DNA of 43,615 bases from Candidatus Hadarchaeota archaeon. Its GTDB lineage: Archaea > Hadarchaeota > Hadarchaeia > Hadarchaeales > JAWBSP01. Made by a program: the position numbers and the translations under genes. Shown one piece after another: positions 36,329-43,615 of this stretch. The number at the start of each line of letters is the position of its first letter. Within the stretch, counting starts at the first letter, position 1. The notes beneath the pieces are model-generated. The model saw nothing but the letters and a program-made list of their open reading frames with translations. It did no database searches and had not been told where the DNA came from. Where the stretch lies: assembly GCA_964474885.1 (NCBI GenBank), contig CAYYWO010000009.1, positions 1 to 43,615 of the forward strand. The letters run 5' to 3'.

Positions 36329-37051
36329 CTACTTGAGCCTCTTTTTGAGGATCCTCCAGAGCTCCTGACCCAGCCTCCTGAACTCTTTTGCTGAGGGTGA
36401 ATTCGGCTTATACTTTATGACTGGGGTGCCGAGTGCGGTTGCCTCACGAACCTTCGGATCATCGGGGATCTTCGCTAGAATAGGCCACCCCAGTATCTTC
36501 CTGACCTCTATATCCGAGAGCTCATAACGCTCCCCCCTCACCATGTTCAGGACAGCTCCCAGCATGTGGCTACCGCATATCTGGGCGGCCTTGAAAGTTT
36601 TCAAAGTCGATGCCACGGTTGGGGTATCTGGATTCGCAATGGCGATCACCTCATCTGCCACCCTCATGACTGCAAGTGCCTCGCTCCCGACCCCCGGTGC
36701 CGTGTCTATCAGGATGAGAGACTTCTTCTCCTTCAGCCTCTCCACATAAGGGCAGAGGTCATATGGGTGTATCTCCTTCCCGTACACCAAGGAGCCCGGA
36801 ATTATGTCCACGCCCTGAAGCTTCGTTATAGCTTTGTCCAGGCTTATCCTGTTGGCCAGCACATCGTGGATGGTGTTCCTAGGATTCAGCTCCCCGAAGT
36901 GCATCGCCAAGTTAGGAGCGGAGAGATTTGCATCAACCAAGATGAGCTTATCCTTCAGAATCTCATGGAAAAAGACTCCCAAGTTTGCCACCAGGGTTGT
37001 TTTTCCGACGCCTCCCTTGCACGATGAAAAACCGATCGCGATTCCCTTCAT
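36329..37051 (-). CDS. MinD/ParA-family ATPase (archaeal MinD-like)
   Basis: Deviant Walker A KGGVGKTT, VDANL..PNL, IDTAPG, VLN, IPDDP.VREA...GTP. Confidence 0.9.
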   Translation of the reverse strand: MKGIAIGFSSCKGGVGKTTLVANLGVFFHEILKDKLILVDANLSAPNLAMHFGELNPRNTIHDVLANRISLDKAITKLQGVDIIPGSLVYGKEIHPYDLCPYVERLKEKKSLILIDTAPGVGSEALAVMRVADEVIAIANPDTPTVASTLKTFKAAQICGSHMLGAVLNMVRGERYELSDIEVRKILGWPILAKIPDDPKVREATALGTPVIKYKPNSPSAKEFRRLGQELWRILKKRLK

Positions 37052-37479
37052 GATCTCCTCCCCTGGAGCCTGAGCAGCTCGATCATCCTCAGCTCGAGCC
37101 TTTCCCTGATCCGCTCGGGTCTCTCACCTTGCTGCACTAAGTCAACATAGTCCTGCAGGTCTTGGATCAAGAGCTCGGCGATCTTTGGATCCAAGGCCCC
37201 GGCATACAGGGACAGCTCGATGGTGCAGAAGGACCTGAAGATAGCGTCCACGGCCCTTCTCCACCTCTTCCAGGCACCGGGCCTCTGGATGCCAAGCAGC
37301 TTCCCCATGCTCTCGAAGGTCAGGTTCTCGGACCAAGCGTGGAGCAGGAGAGCCTGGAAGTCCCGCTTGGCGAAGTGCGACTTTGAAAGGAGGAACTGTG
37401 CTAGTCTGTCCCGGTTCAGCCACTGCTCCACTCTCCCGCTCAGGCCCTTTTTGTTTCCCAGAACAGGAAACAGCCTCAA
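37048..37479 (-). CDS. Putative DNA-binding protein, Tfx/sigma70-region-4-like HTH
   Basis: SHFAKRDFQALL....LTFESMGKLLGIQRPGAWKRWRRAVDAI resembles the Tfx-type HTH pattern; 4-nt ATGA overlap with the ATPase gene; start codon uncertain. Confidence 0.6.
   Translation of the reverse strand: MRLFPVLGNKKGLSGRVEQWLNRDRLAQFLLSKSHFAKRDFQALLLHAWSENLTFESMGKLLGIQRPGAWKRWRRAVDAIFRSFCTIELSLYAGALDPKIAELLIQDLQDYVDLVQQGERPERIRERLELRMIELLRLQGRRS
37452..37472. repeat. Palindromic motif C copy at the 5' end of the HTH gene
   Basis: TGTTTCC-CAGAACA-GGAAACA, same arms and 7-nt spacer length as the other C copies. Confidence 0.65.
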
Positions 37480-37499
37480 CCCAATCTAAAACTTTCCCA

Positions 37500-38582
37500 C
37501 TAATCTAAAAACTCCTCTCCCCGGATTTTCTCAGGTAAGTAATGATCGGAGATGAAGGTTATGCCCTTGGAAGAGAGAGCTGCTAGCTCGACTTTGGCTT
37601 TCAGCTCTTTCATAGCTTTGAACTGTCTCTGCCATGCCCTGTTGTTCTTGAACCACGGGTACCTGGCTATCTGCTCGAGCCGCCTCATATCCACCTCCTC
37701 AAACTTGATCAGGTGCTTCTTCAGGTCGTACTTCTCGATATCCTCGGCCACGAGACCTAAAAACTTGGCATCAGGGATTGCCAGCTTCTCCGAGATGTGC
37801 GCTAGGCCTATCGAGCCGAATTTTATGACGGAGTATATATAGAAGCCCCAAGGGTCAAAGTCCGTCAGGACGTAGATGGGCAGGCCATGCTCCAGGTGCA
37901 AGCGCTGGAGCAGCCTGCGCACACCCCTCGTAGCCTGCCCCTGACTGCAGACGATAACACAATTCAATTTTTCCCAGACCCTGTCTTCGTGCAACCTCTC
38001 CCACTCTGCCGCCTTTTCCATGTAGATGACGAACTTCGCATCGACCTTCTTGAAAACTACGTCCTCCACATTGCTCGGGATGGACCAGCCTCCGCTGCCC
38101 AGCTTGGACCAGTCTATCTCATCCCCCTTGTCCCTTATGATCACCCTCCCCGCGACCGCACCCATCTTGTTGGCGTTGAAGTGTAGCATCTCCCTGGACA
38201 GGTCAGTTATGAGTTCCAGATCCTCGATCGCCCTGTTGGACTCCTCTTGCTCGTCAACAAGGTTTATGTTTGAGTTGGGCAGGGTGCGCTTCATCCTGTA
38301 AAAGGCCTCCCTCAGGCTCAGATGCTTGTCCATCTGGTTCAGCTCCATGCTCAAAGCTGCTGCCTCCAAGGTCTGGACGAACCTGCGCACGTGCGCAACG
38401 TTGAAGAAGTATCTCTTAGCCTTCCGCTCTCCCAGCTGGAGCATCCTCGTTTCCCTGTTGTACTTGATATTGCTCAGGGATCTCACAGGGACCTCCAAGC
38501 TCGGGTTCCTGCCTTGCTCCACATCCTCCAAGACCTTCTTGCCCAGCTGGGATAGGGATCTTATCACATCAGCCTTCCTCAT
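37500..38582 (-). CDS. top6A: DNA topoisomerase VI subunit A
   Basis: LREAFY (catalytic Tyr), Q.ES...IEDLE, MEKAA, G...RGVR, DFDPWG, E..AL. Confidence 0.95.
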   Translation of the reverse strand: MRKADVIRSLSQLGKKVLEDVEQGRNPSLEVPVRSLSNIKYNRETRMLQLGERKAKRYFFNVAHVRRFVQTLEAAALSMELNQMDKHLSLREAFYRMKRTLPNSNINLVDEQEESNRAIEDLELITDLSREMLHFNANKMGAVAGRVIIRDKGDEIDWSKLGSGGWSIPSNVEDVVFKKVDAKFVIYMEKAAEWERLHEDRVWEKLNCVIVCSQGQATRGVRRLLQRLHLEHGLPIYVLTDFDPWGFYIYSVIKFGSIGLAHISEKLAIPDAKFLGLVAEDIEKYDLKKHLIKFEEVDMRRLEQIARYPWFKNNRAWQRQFKAMKELKAKVELAALSSKGITFISDHYLPEKIRGEEFLD

Positions 38583-40089
38583 CCAGCATCCCCTTCAAGC
38601 GCTCTATTATCTCCTCCTTCGGTTTTCCCGTTAGTTTTTCGAGGGACTCGGCGAGCTCGGGGATGTATCTCTCGAAGAGGCCTATCCTTGCCCGAGCCCT
38701 CCTAAGTCTCTCCTTCCTGCTGATGTACTCGAAAAGCCTCCTCCCCGCTTCCTGCAGGGCCAGTTTAGTTTCGCGGACTATCTCAGGGTAGCATGCTATG
38801 GCCTGCTTCCCCTCAGTCGTGAAGGGGACCCAGACCGAAACGAAGTGAAGCATTATCACCATGGGTGCCTGAGGGAACCCGTCGTGGGGCACCCCGTACC
38901 TCTTCCAGTCCACCTCCTTGACGGCCAAGGTCAAGGCACAGTCCCCCTGATGGTAGAGCAAGGGGACCCTGTTAGCGAAGCGGAGGAGCTGGAATTCCCC
39001 TATCTCCCCACCATACGCTATACCGCATTCAACCTGGAAGGGGTTCCCTCTGTAAACACTCGGGGAGCGGCTGACCGCCACGTACTTCTCGGCTTTGAAG
39101 AGCCTCCGCAAGCCCTCCTCGATCATCCGCTCCCCAAGAGGCGAGAGGCAGTCGAGCGGGGGTGCCTTCAGTTTCAGCTGCTGGAGAGCCCGGTGCAGGC
39201 GGCTTATCTCCTCTGCTGACAGTTTCTGCGGTGGCTGGTTGGGATTCAGTTTGGCTGTCCTGCAGGCCTCCAAGGCGGAGGTTCTGCCCATCCTGCAGAA
39301 CTCCGAAATCAGAAAGCCCAGGAGGGTCCTAGCGCCGGTCCGCTTCAGCATCCTCCCCAGCAGGCCGACCTCCACCCCGTGCGGGTGGGGTTTTATCTCC
39401 TTCGGGACTGGGGGGAGTTCCTTTATGGACCGCGGGTACTCCACAGAGTGCCCGTTGGGACCCTGGAACCTTAGGCTTGCGAAAGGGTTCACGATCGCCG
39501 TCTGCCTCAGGTACTCGGGAACCGACTGGAAGACTTTGTCGACGTATCTACCCTCGACCACGAGCTCTACCCTTACACCGTGCCACCCGTCCGGATTCGG
39601 ACGCCTCCGGTGGGAGAGTACAACCGGTTCATTCTTGGTGACGTCTATCATAAGCTCGAACTCGTGGATAGGGTCCCTCCTGCCCAAGCTCGAGACGATC
39701 CTAGCTGGCTGATTAGTGGTTAGCTGGGAGTAAAGAAGTGCACCGGAAATTCCCAGCCCCTGAATACCTCTACTTTGCCTGTACCGGTAAAACTTGCTCC
39801 CGACGAGGAACTTCGCAAAGGCTTGGGGCAGCTTGGAGGCAGGAACACCCGGACCGTTGTCCTCCACTATCACCTTGAACCTGTCCTCCCCCACCTGTTC
39901 CAGCTTCACTCGCAGCTCGGGGAGGATGCCTGCCTCTTCGGCTGCGTCCAGGGAGTTCTCGCAAGCCTCCTTCACGACAGTCAGGAGGGCCCTAGTAGGG
40001 TTCTCGTATCCCAGCAGGTGGCGGTTTTTTTCGAAAAATTCCGCGACGGATATCTCCTTTATCCGCTCCGCCAGCTCCCTTTCGTTCAT
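38569..40089 (-). CDS. top6B: DNA topoisomerase VI subunit B
   Basis: SVAEFF.KN..LLG, KE..ENSLDA, VEDNGPG, QSRG.QGLGISG, PHPHG, RFANRVPLLY; start MNERE. Confidence 0.96.
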   Translation of the reverse strand: MNERELAERIKEISVAEFFEKNRHLLGYENPTRALLTVVKEACENSLDAAEEAGILPELRVKLEQVGEDRFKVIVEDNGPGVPASKLPQAFAKFLVGSKFYRYRQSRGIQGLGISGALLYSQLTTNQPARIVSSLGRRDPIHEFELMIDVTKNEPVVLSHRRRPNPDGWHGVRVELVVEGRYVDKVFQSVPEYLRQTAIVNPFASLRFQGPNGHSVEYPRSIKELPPVPKEIKPHPHGVEVGLLGRMLKRTGARTLLGFLISEFCRMGRTSALEACRTAKLNPNQPPQKLSAEEISRLHRALQQLKLKAPPLDCLSPLGERMIEEGLRRLFKAEKYVAVSRSPSVYRGNPFQVECGIAYGGEIGEFQLLRFANRVPLLYHQGDCALTLAVKEVDWKRYGVPHDGFPQAPMVIMLHFVSVWVPFTTEGKQAIACYPEIVRETKLALQEAGRRLFEYISRKERLRRARARIGLFERYIPELAESLEKLTGKPKEEIIERLKGMLDEEG

Positions 40090-40108
40090 CGTTACATTTT
40101 TGGTAACA

Positions 40109-40732
40109 CTATATAGCGAGGAGCCTCTCCACTCTCTCCAGCACCTCTTGCACCTCTCCCTCACCGCTTACCTGGAGGAGGATGCCCCTCCGCTCGTAGT
40201 ACTCCAAAACGGGGGTGGTCTGCCTCCTGTAGACTTCCAGCCTGCTCCTTATCACGGGGGGTGTGTCGTCCTCCCTCTGGATGAGCCTGCCTCCGCACCG
40301 GTCGCAGACGCCCTCCACCTTAGGGGGCATGGTGATCAAATTGTAAATCATCCCACATCGATCGCAGGTCCGCCTGGCGGACAGCCTCCTGATCACAGTT
40401 TCGTCCGAGACCGTCAGGTTCAAAGCCCTGTCAGTCGGGAACTCCGCCTCCAGCATTTCGGCTTGGCGCAGGGTCCTGGGAAATCCATCCAAGATGTAAC
40501 CCTGCCCGCAGGAGGCAAGCCTGCTCCTCAGGACCTTCCAGACCGTCTCATCGGGAACCAGCTGCCCCTGCGCGACTATGCTCTTGATCTCCTTCCCGAT
40601 GTCCGTTTCGTGCTTTATCTCGAATCTAAGCAGCTCCCCCATATCGATGTGCGGGATGCCGAGCCTCTGCGAGAGCCCGTGCGCGATCGTCCCCTTCCCC
40701 GCCCCGGGCGGGCCGAAGATAAGGAGTTTCAC
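40109..40732 (-). CDS. adk: Adenylate kinase, bacterial-type with Zn-binding LID
   Basis: GPPGAGKGT, G.LVPD, LDGFPRT..QA, CDRC...CDRC, QREDD. Confidence 0.95.
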   Translation of the reverse strand: MKLLIFGPPGAGKGTIAHGLSQRLGIPHIDMGELLRFEIKHETDIGKEIKSIVAQGQLVPDETVWKVLRSRLASCGQGYILDGFPRTLRQAEMLEAEFPTDRALNLTVSDETVIRRLSARRTCDRCGMIYNLITMPPKVEGVCDRCGGRLIQREDDTPPVIRSRLEVYRRQTTPVLEYYERRGILLQVSGEGEVQEVLERVERLLAI

Positions 40733-41016
40733 CTTAAATCTACCCTCTGTACCTTAAACCTCGGCATCTCCGGCTTTCAGTTGCTACATCTGCGTTAGAA
40801 CATCAGAACGGGCACTGGAAAATTAAGAGCGTGCTCACGGCATCTGAATTGTGTCCTCCTTGTTTGGTCGATATTGAATGAAGCCTCTTTGGATCTACGA
40901 ATGCTTTAAACTCTCGCCTATCGCTAACCGTGCGCATCGCTGCAAATGCTACTAGCTCAGGTCTGACTTCTTTAATGCCACGCAGCACCTAAAAAATAGC
41001 TCCCGCTCGCAGCTGA

Positions 41017-41214
41017 AAGTGTTGATAACAGATAAACAGTTTGTCTGAAGTGCCGATAACACATAAACACTTTCGGGGAACTGTTGATAACAAATAAACC
41101 ACTTCGGGCGAAGTGTTAACAGATAAACACACTTTGCACGTTAAGCGGATCTTCGCGTAAAAACTGTCACCACTCAGTGCCGAGAGGCTTTTGTGTTTCC
41201 TATTTTAGGAAACA
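41017..41214. repeat. Array of four motif-B copies (31-bp period) plus motif C
   Basis: B at 41017-41041, 41048-41072, 41079-41104, 41111-41134; C at 41194-41214 TGTTTCCTA-TTT-TAGGAAACA. Confidence 0.9.
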
Positions 41215-41302
41215 AAATAGTTCGGTCCGTGCTTGATCGAAATCTGGTAATTCCTCTGATACCTTCCGCTCCAAGCAGAGCCGAGCCGCAACCAGGCTGA
41301 CC

Positions 41303-42508
41303 TTACAGCACAGCTAAGAACAAGGGGAGATCTGATTCGCTCAGCACCCGAACCCCCTTCGGGTAGCGCCGGTGAGGTTTGCCGGCTTTGATCTCGATTT
41401 TCATGTCTCCCGCAATGCAGTCTATCTCGTAGGAGTCCCTGAAGTAAAAGACCTCCCCAAAACGCCTGAGCAGGTGGGCCTGCACCACCCACTCGTAGAG
41501 GGCCGAGGGCAAAAATTCCTGGCCGCTCCAGCGCGAGAGGGCCTGCGCGAGGAAGGGATCCAGCAGGAAGACCTTCTTTTCCTTGCGGTATCTGATCCGC
41601 TCCTCGCGGAACTGGGCGAGCCCGAGGATCATCAAATTCCGAAGCACCTCCAGGTACTCGGCGACGGTTTTGTAGGAGTATCCGGAAGTGTCGCGGGCGA
41701 TGGTCGAGTAGCTCAGTGGGGCTGGGGCTTTGGAAAAAACGGACGCCAGGATCTCGCGCACCAGCTGGAGGCTCCGCCCCAGCCTGAGGACCTCCCCCTC
41801 GAGCGAACGTACCAGGTCCTCGCCGGCACGGGGATCCTCATTCACGGAAGCTGGGAAACCGCCCAGCCTGAGGTAGCGGGCGAACAGGTTCCGGATTTCG
41901 GCCTCCCGCGTCCAGGCACGTTTCATGTCGGCCTCGATGGATCCGCGGAACTCGATCTCAACGCCATGGACCTGCAGGAACTCCCGGAAGCTGAGGGGCC
42001 AGACGGACAGGTTCACCCCGTGCCCCTGCCTGCCCGGAAAGAGCTCCACGTCCCCCGCCAGCTTCAGTGAGCCGGACCCAGTGACGATCACGACATCCTC
42101 AGCCAGCACTCCCAGATCGATGTGCCCTTTGACAACTCGCCACCAGCCCCTCACCGAGGTAACCTCATCCAGGAAGATGTAGCTCGTCCGGTGCCCGGCG
42201 GCCCTCCTGAACTCGAGGTACGCCCGGAACACGCGCTCCATCGAATGCACATCGGGGAGGAAGTCGCAGTTGAAGTAGAACACCTGCTCCGGTGCCACCT
42301 GTTTCAGGAGCTTGGATATCAGGAGTTTCAGCCCCGTGGTCTTGCCCACCTGTCGCGGACCGATGACGAAGTTGAGCGAGAAGGGCTTGAGGGAGAGGTT
42401 GTCGATCCACTTCGGAACCCATTTTCTCCGCCGTTGCTGCCACGCGGAGAGATGCGGGTCCGGCAGGCCCTTCCACCAAGGGTTGTGCTCAACCATCAGA
42501 CCCTGCAT
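41303..42508 (-). CDS. AAA_14/DUF4143-like ATPase
   Basis: HNPWW, GPRQVGKTT, IFLDEV, VTGS, FPGR, GGFP, K..LLDP, EID...IEIK. Confidence 0.88.
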   Translation of the reverse strand: MQGLMVEHNPWWKGLPDPHLSAWQQRRRKWVPKWIDNLSLKPFSLNFVIGPRQVGKTTGLKLLISKLLKQVAPEQVFYFNCDFLPDVHSMERVFRAYLEFRRAAGHRTSYIFLDEVTSVRGWWRVVKGHIDLGVLAEDVVIVTGSGSLKLAGDVELFPGRQGHGVNLSVWPLSFREFLQVHGVEIEFRGSIEADMKRAWTREAEIRNLFARYLRLGGFPASVNEDPRAGEDLVRSLEGEVLRLGRSLQLVREILASVFSKAPAPLSYSTIARDTSGYSYKTVAEYLEVLRNLMILGLAQFREERIRYRKEKKVFLLDPFLAQALSRWSGQEFLPSALYEWVVQAHLLRRFGEVFYFRDSYEIDCIAGDMKIEIKAGKPHRRYPKGVRVLSESDLPLFLAVL

Positions 42509-42509
42509 T

Positions 42510-42580
42510 TAGAATTGGCGATTCTAAGTATTTAAAAAGGGTTAGAATTTACAGTTCTACGTATTTAAAAAGGGTTAGAA
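42510..42580 (-). promoter_or_regulatory. Tandemly duplicated promoter/operator of the AAA ATPase gene
   Basis: GTATTTAAAAAGGGTTAGAA at 42528-42547 and 42561-42580 (33-bp period; TTTAAATA on minus strand), interleaved with TAGAA-N7-TTCTA dyads. Confidence 0.65.
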
Positions 42581-42664
42581 CCAATTCGAAATTTCGTCGT
42601 TAAGGGATTCCTCGACACTCGGGCTGCCTGTGCTATCCCAATAAACGATCGTTCATTGATTGAA

Positions 42665-43085
42665 ACGATTAGCCCGGGTTCCGCTAGGCGCTACTGCACG
42701 CCTTCCACGAGGCGGGGTTGCTTGAGCACAGGAGACTCGAGAACCTCACCCTTTACCGCGGGAACCGGAAAACCCGGCCTTTCGCCAGCCCAAGGTTGCG
42801 CGCACGGTCGTCTAGCTCGTGCGCTCGGGCTTTGTGGAGCACCTAGTTTCAGAGGCCAACTTCGTGATCCTTTTCGGGAGTGCGGCGCGTGACGACGACA
42901 AGGCAAGCGCCCTCGACCTGCTTGTCTCGTCCAAGCAGAGACCAGGCGGGATAGAGAGGCTCGAGGATTGCCTAGGGAAAGGTGAATCTTATACATTACG
43001 ATCAAAGGGCTGGAGGCGGGAGGTGCAGGGGGAGTTTCTACAGTCCTTGGTGATTAAGGTGTGGTGCCCCACAGCCGTGGCCTAG
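42665..43085 (+). pseudogene. Decayed wHTH + minimal nucleotidyltransferase (MNT antitoxin-like) gene
   Basis: Across frames: ISPGSARRYC / FHEAGLLEHRRLENLTLYRGNR / NPAFRQPKV..* / SGFVEHL..VILFGSAARDDDKASALDLLV, a degenerate GS..RG....SDxD motif. Confidence 0.55.
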
Positions 43086-43459
43086 ATGCCTTGATGGAGC
43101 GGGGCTGCTCAGGCGCACGAGACTAATCCGCGCAAGGTAAGCGGTTACTGCAGGTCGCATGGCAGAGAGGCTAGAGAGTGTTCAGGAGGATCTACACGGG
43201 CTCCTTAGATTGCGTGGTGCAGCAGGACGGGTTCCGTTCCGGCTCATCGCGTGATCGAGCTCGGCAAAGGTTTAAATACAAGGTGGACGATCGCTGGTTG
43301 GAACCACGAGCGCGGGGCTTACCTTGAGATATTTGAGGCACGCTCGGCTAAAAACCGCCTGAAGCTGGAAAGCTAAGAAGGAGAATATGAAAAAACTTCC
43401 ATAAACTGTTACATTCCATAGGCAGTTTTAAAGTAGTTCCAAACATCATCAATCCTCCT

Positions 43460-43615
43460 CTATTTTCCGGAATGCGGGCTGCTCAGGCTTTCAGCAATTT
43501 TTACAAAAGGTGTCGGTACTTTTAGTAGTATTCTTGCTATGCTCTCACAAATTCTCACCCATAAGCTTTTGCTCTGTAATTTGTATTTTGTTCTAGCCAT
43601 TTCGAGTGCAATCGC
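43460..43615 (-). CDS. 3' end of an AT-rich hypothetical gene (partial)
   Basis: Open frame from window end: AIALEMARTKYKLQSKSLWVRICESIARILLKVPTPFVKIAESLSSPHSGK*. Confidence 0.3.
   Translation of the reverse strand, partial: AIALEMARTKYKLQSKSLWVRICESIARILLKVPTPFVKIAESLSSPHSGK

Noticed and set aside
37483-37512. 11-bp direct repeat AATCTAAAACT at the top6A end
   Set aside because: Only two short copies; likely a local micro-duplication
17089-40732. Two adenylate kinase-like genes
   Set aside because: They belong to different, well-known families (AK6/Fap7 and bacterial-type Adk); co-occurrence is ordinary
40803-40988. 61-aa ORF upstream of adk
   Set aside because: No recognisable motif or RBS; atypical composition
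41017-41134. Motif-B arrays (also 21129-21212) as CRISPR arrays
   Set aside because: Linkers are only about 6 bp rather than 30-45-bp spacers, the repeats are degenerate, and there are no cas genes

Overview
Archaeal chromosomal segment (aRF1, aTrm56, class I CCA enzyme, Topo VI, L40e/S26e, archaeal RNase P RNA, BHB tRNA intron). The mix of Mer/CofE, FBP aldolase/phosphatase and Smc-ScpA-ScpB suggests a thermophilic Euryarchaeota-like lineage such as Hadarchaeota; this is inference and cannot be verified from the window. Most of the window is housekeeping genes. Accessory pieces are an ars-like operon, a decayed nuclease islet after tRNA-Leu, a frameshifted TnpB element, two AAA_14/DUF4143 ATPases and a decayed HTH-MNT gene. 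Two things stand out. (1) An intact smc-scpA-scpB operon whose Smc is only 706 aa, with about half-length arms and no recognisable hinge domain or Zn-hook. (2) Three families of palindromic DNA motifs recur in six clusters over 20 kb, one family in 31-bp-phased arrays. Copies flank a two-gene unit (Tfx/sigma70-R4-like HTH protein + MinD/ParA ATPase) downstream of top6BA, making it a candidate undescribed centromere-like/chromosome-organisation system. Also noted: a catalytically eroded glutamine synthetase homologue, eS26 and a TFS2-like factor, and a candidate structured RNA. All protein calls come from motif recognition by eye, not database searches.
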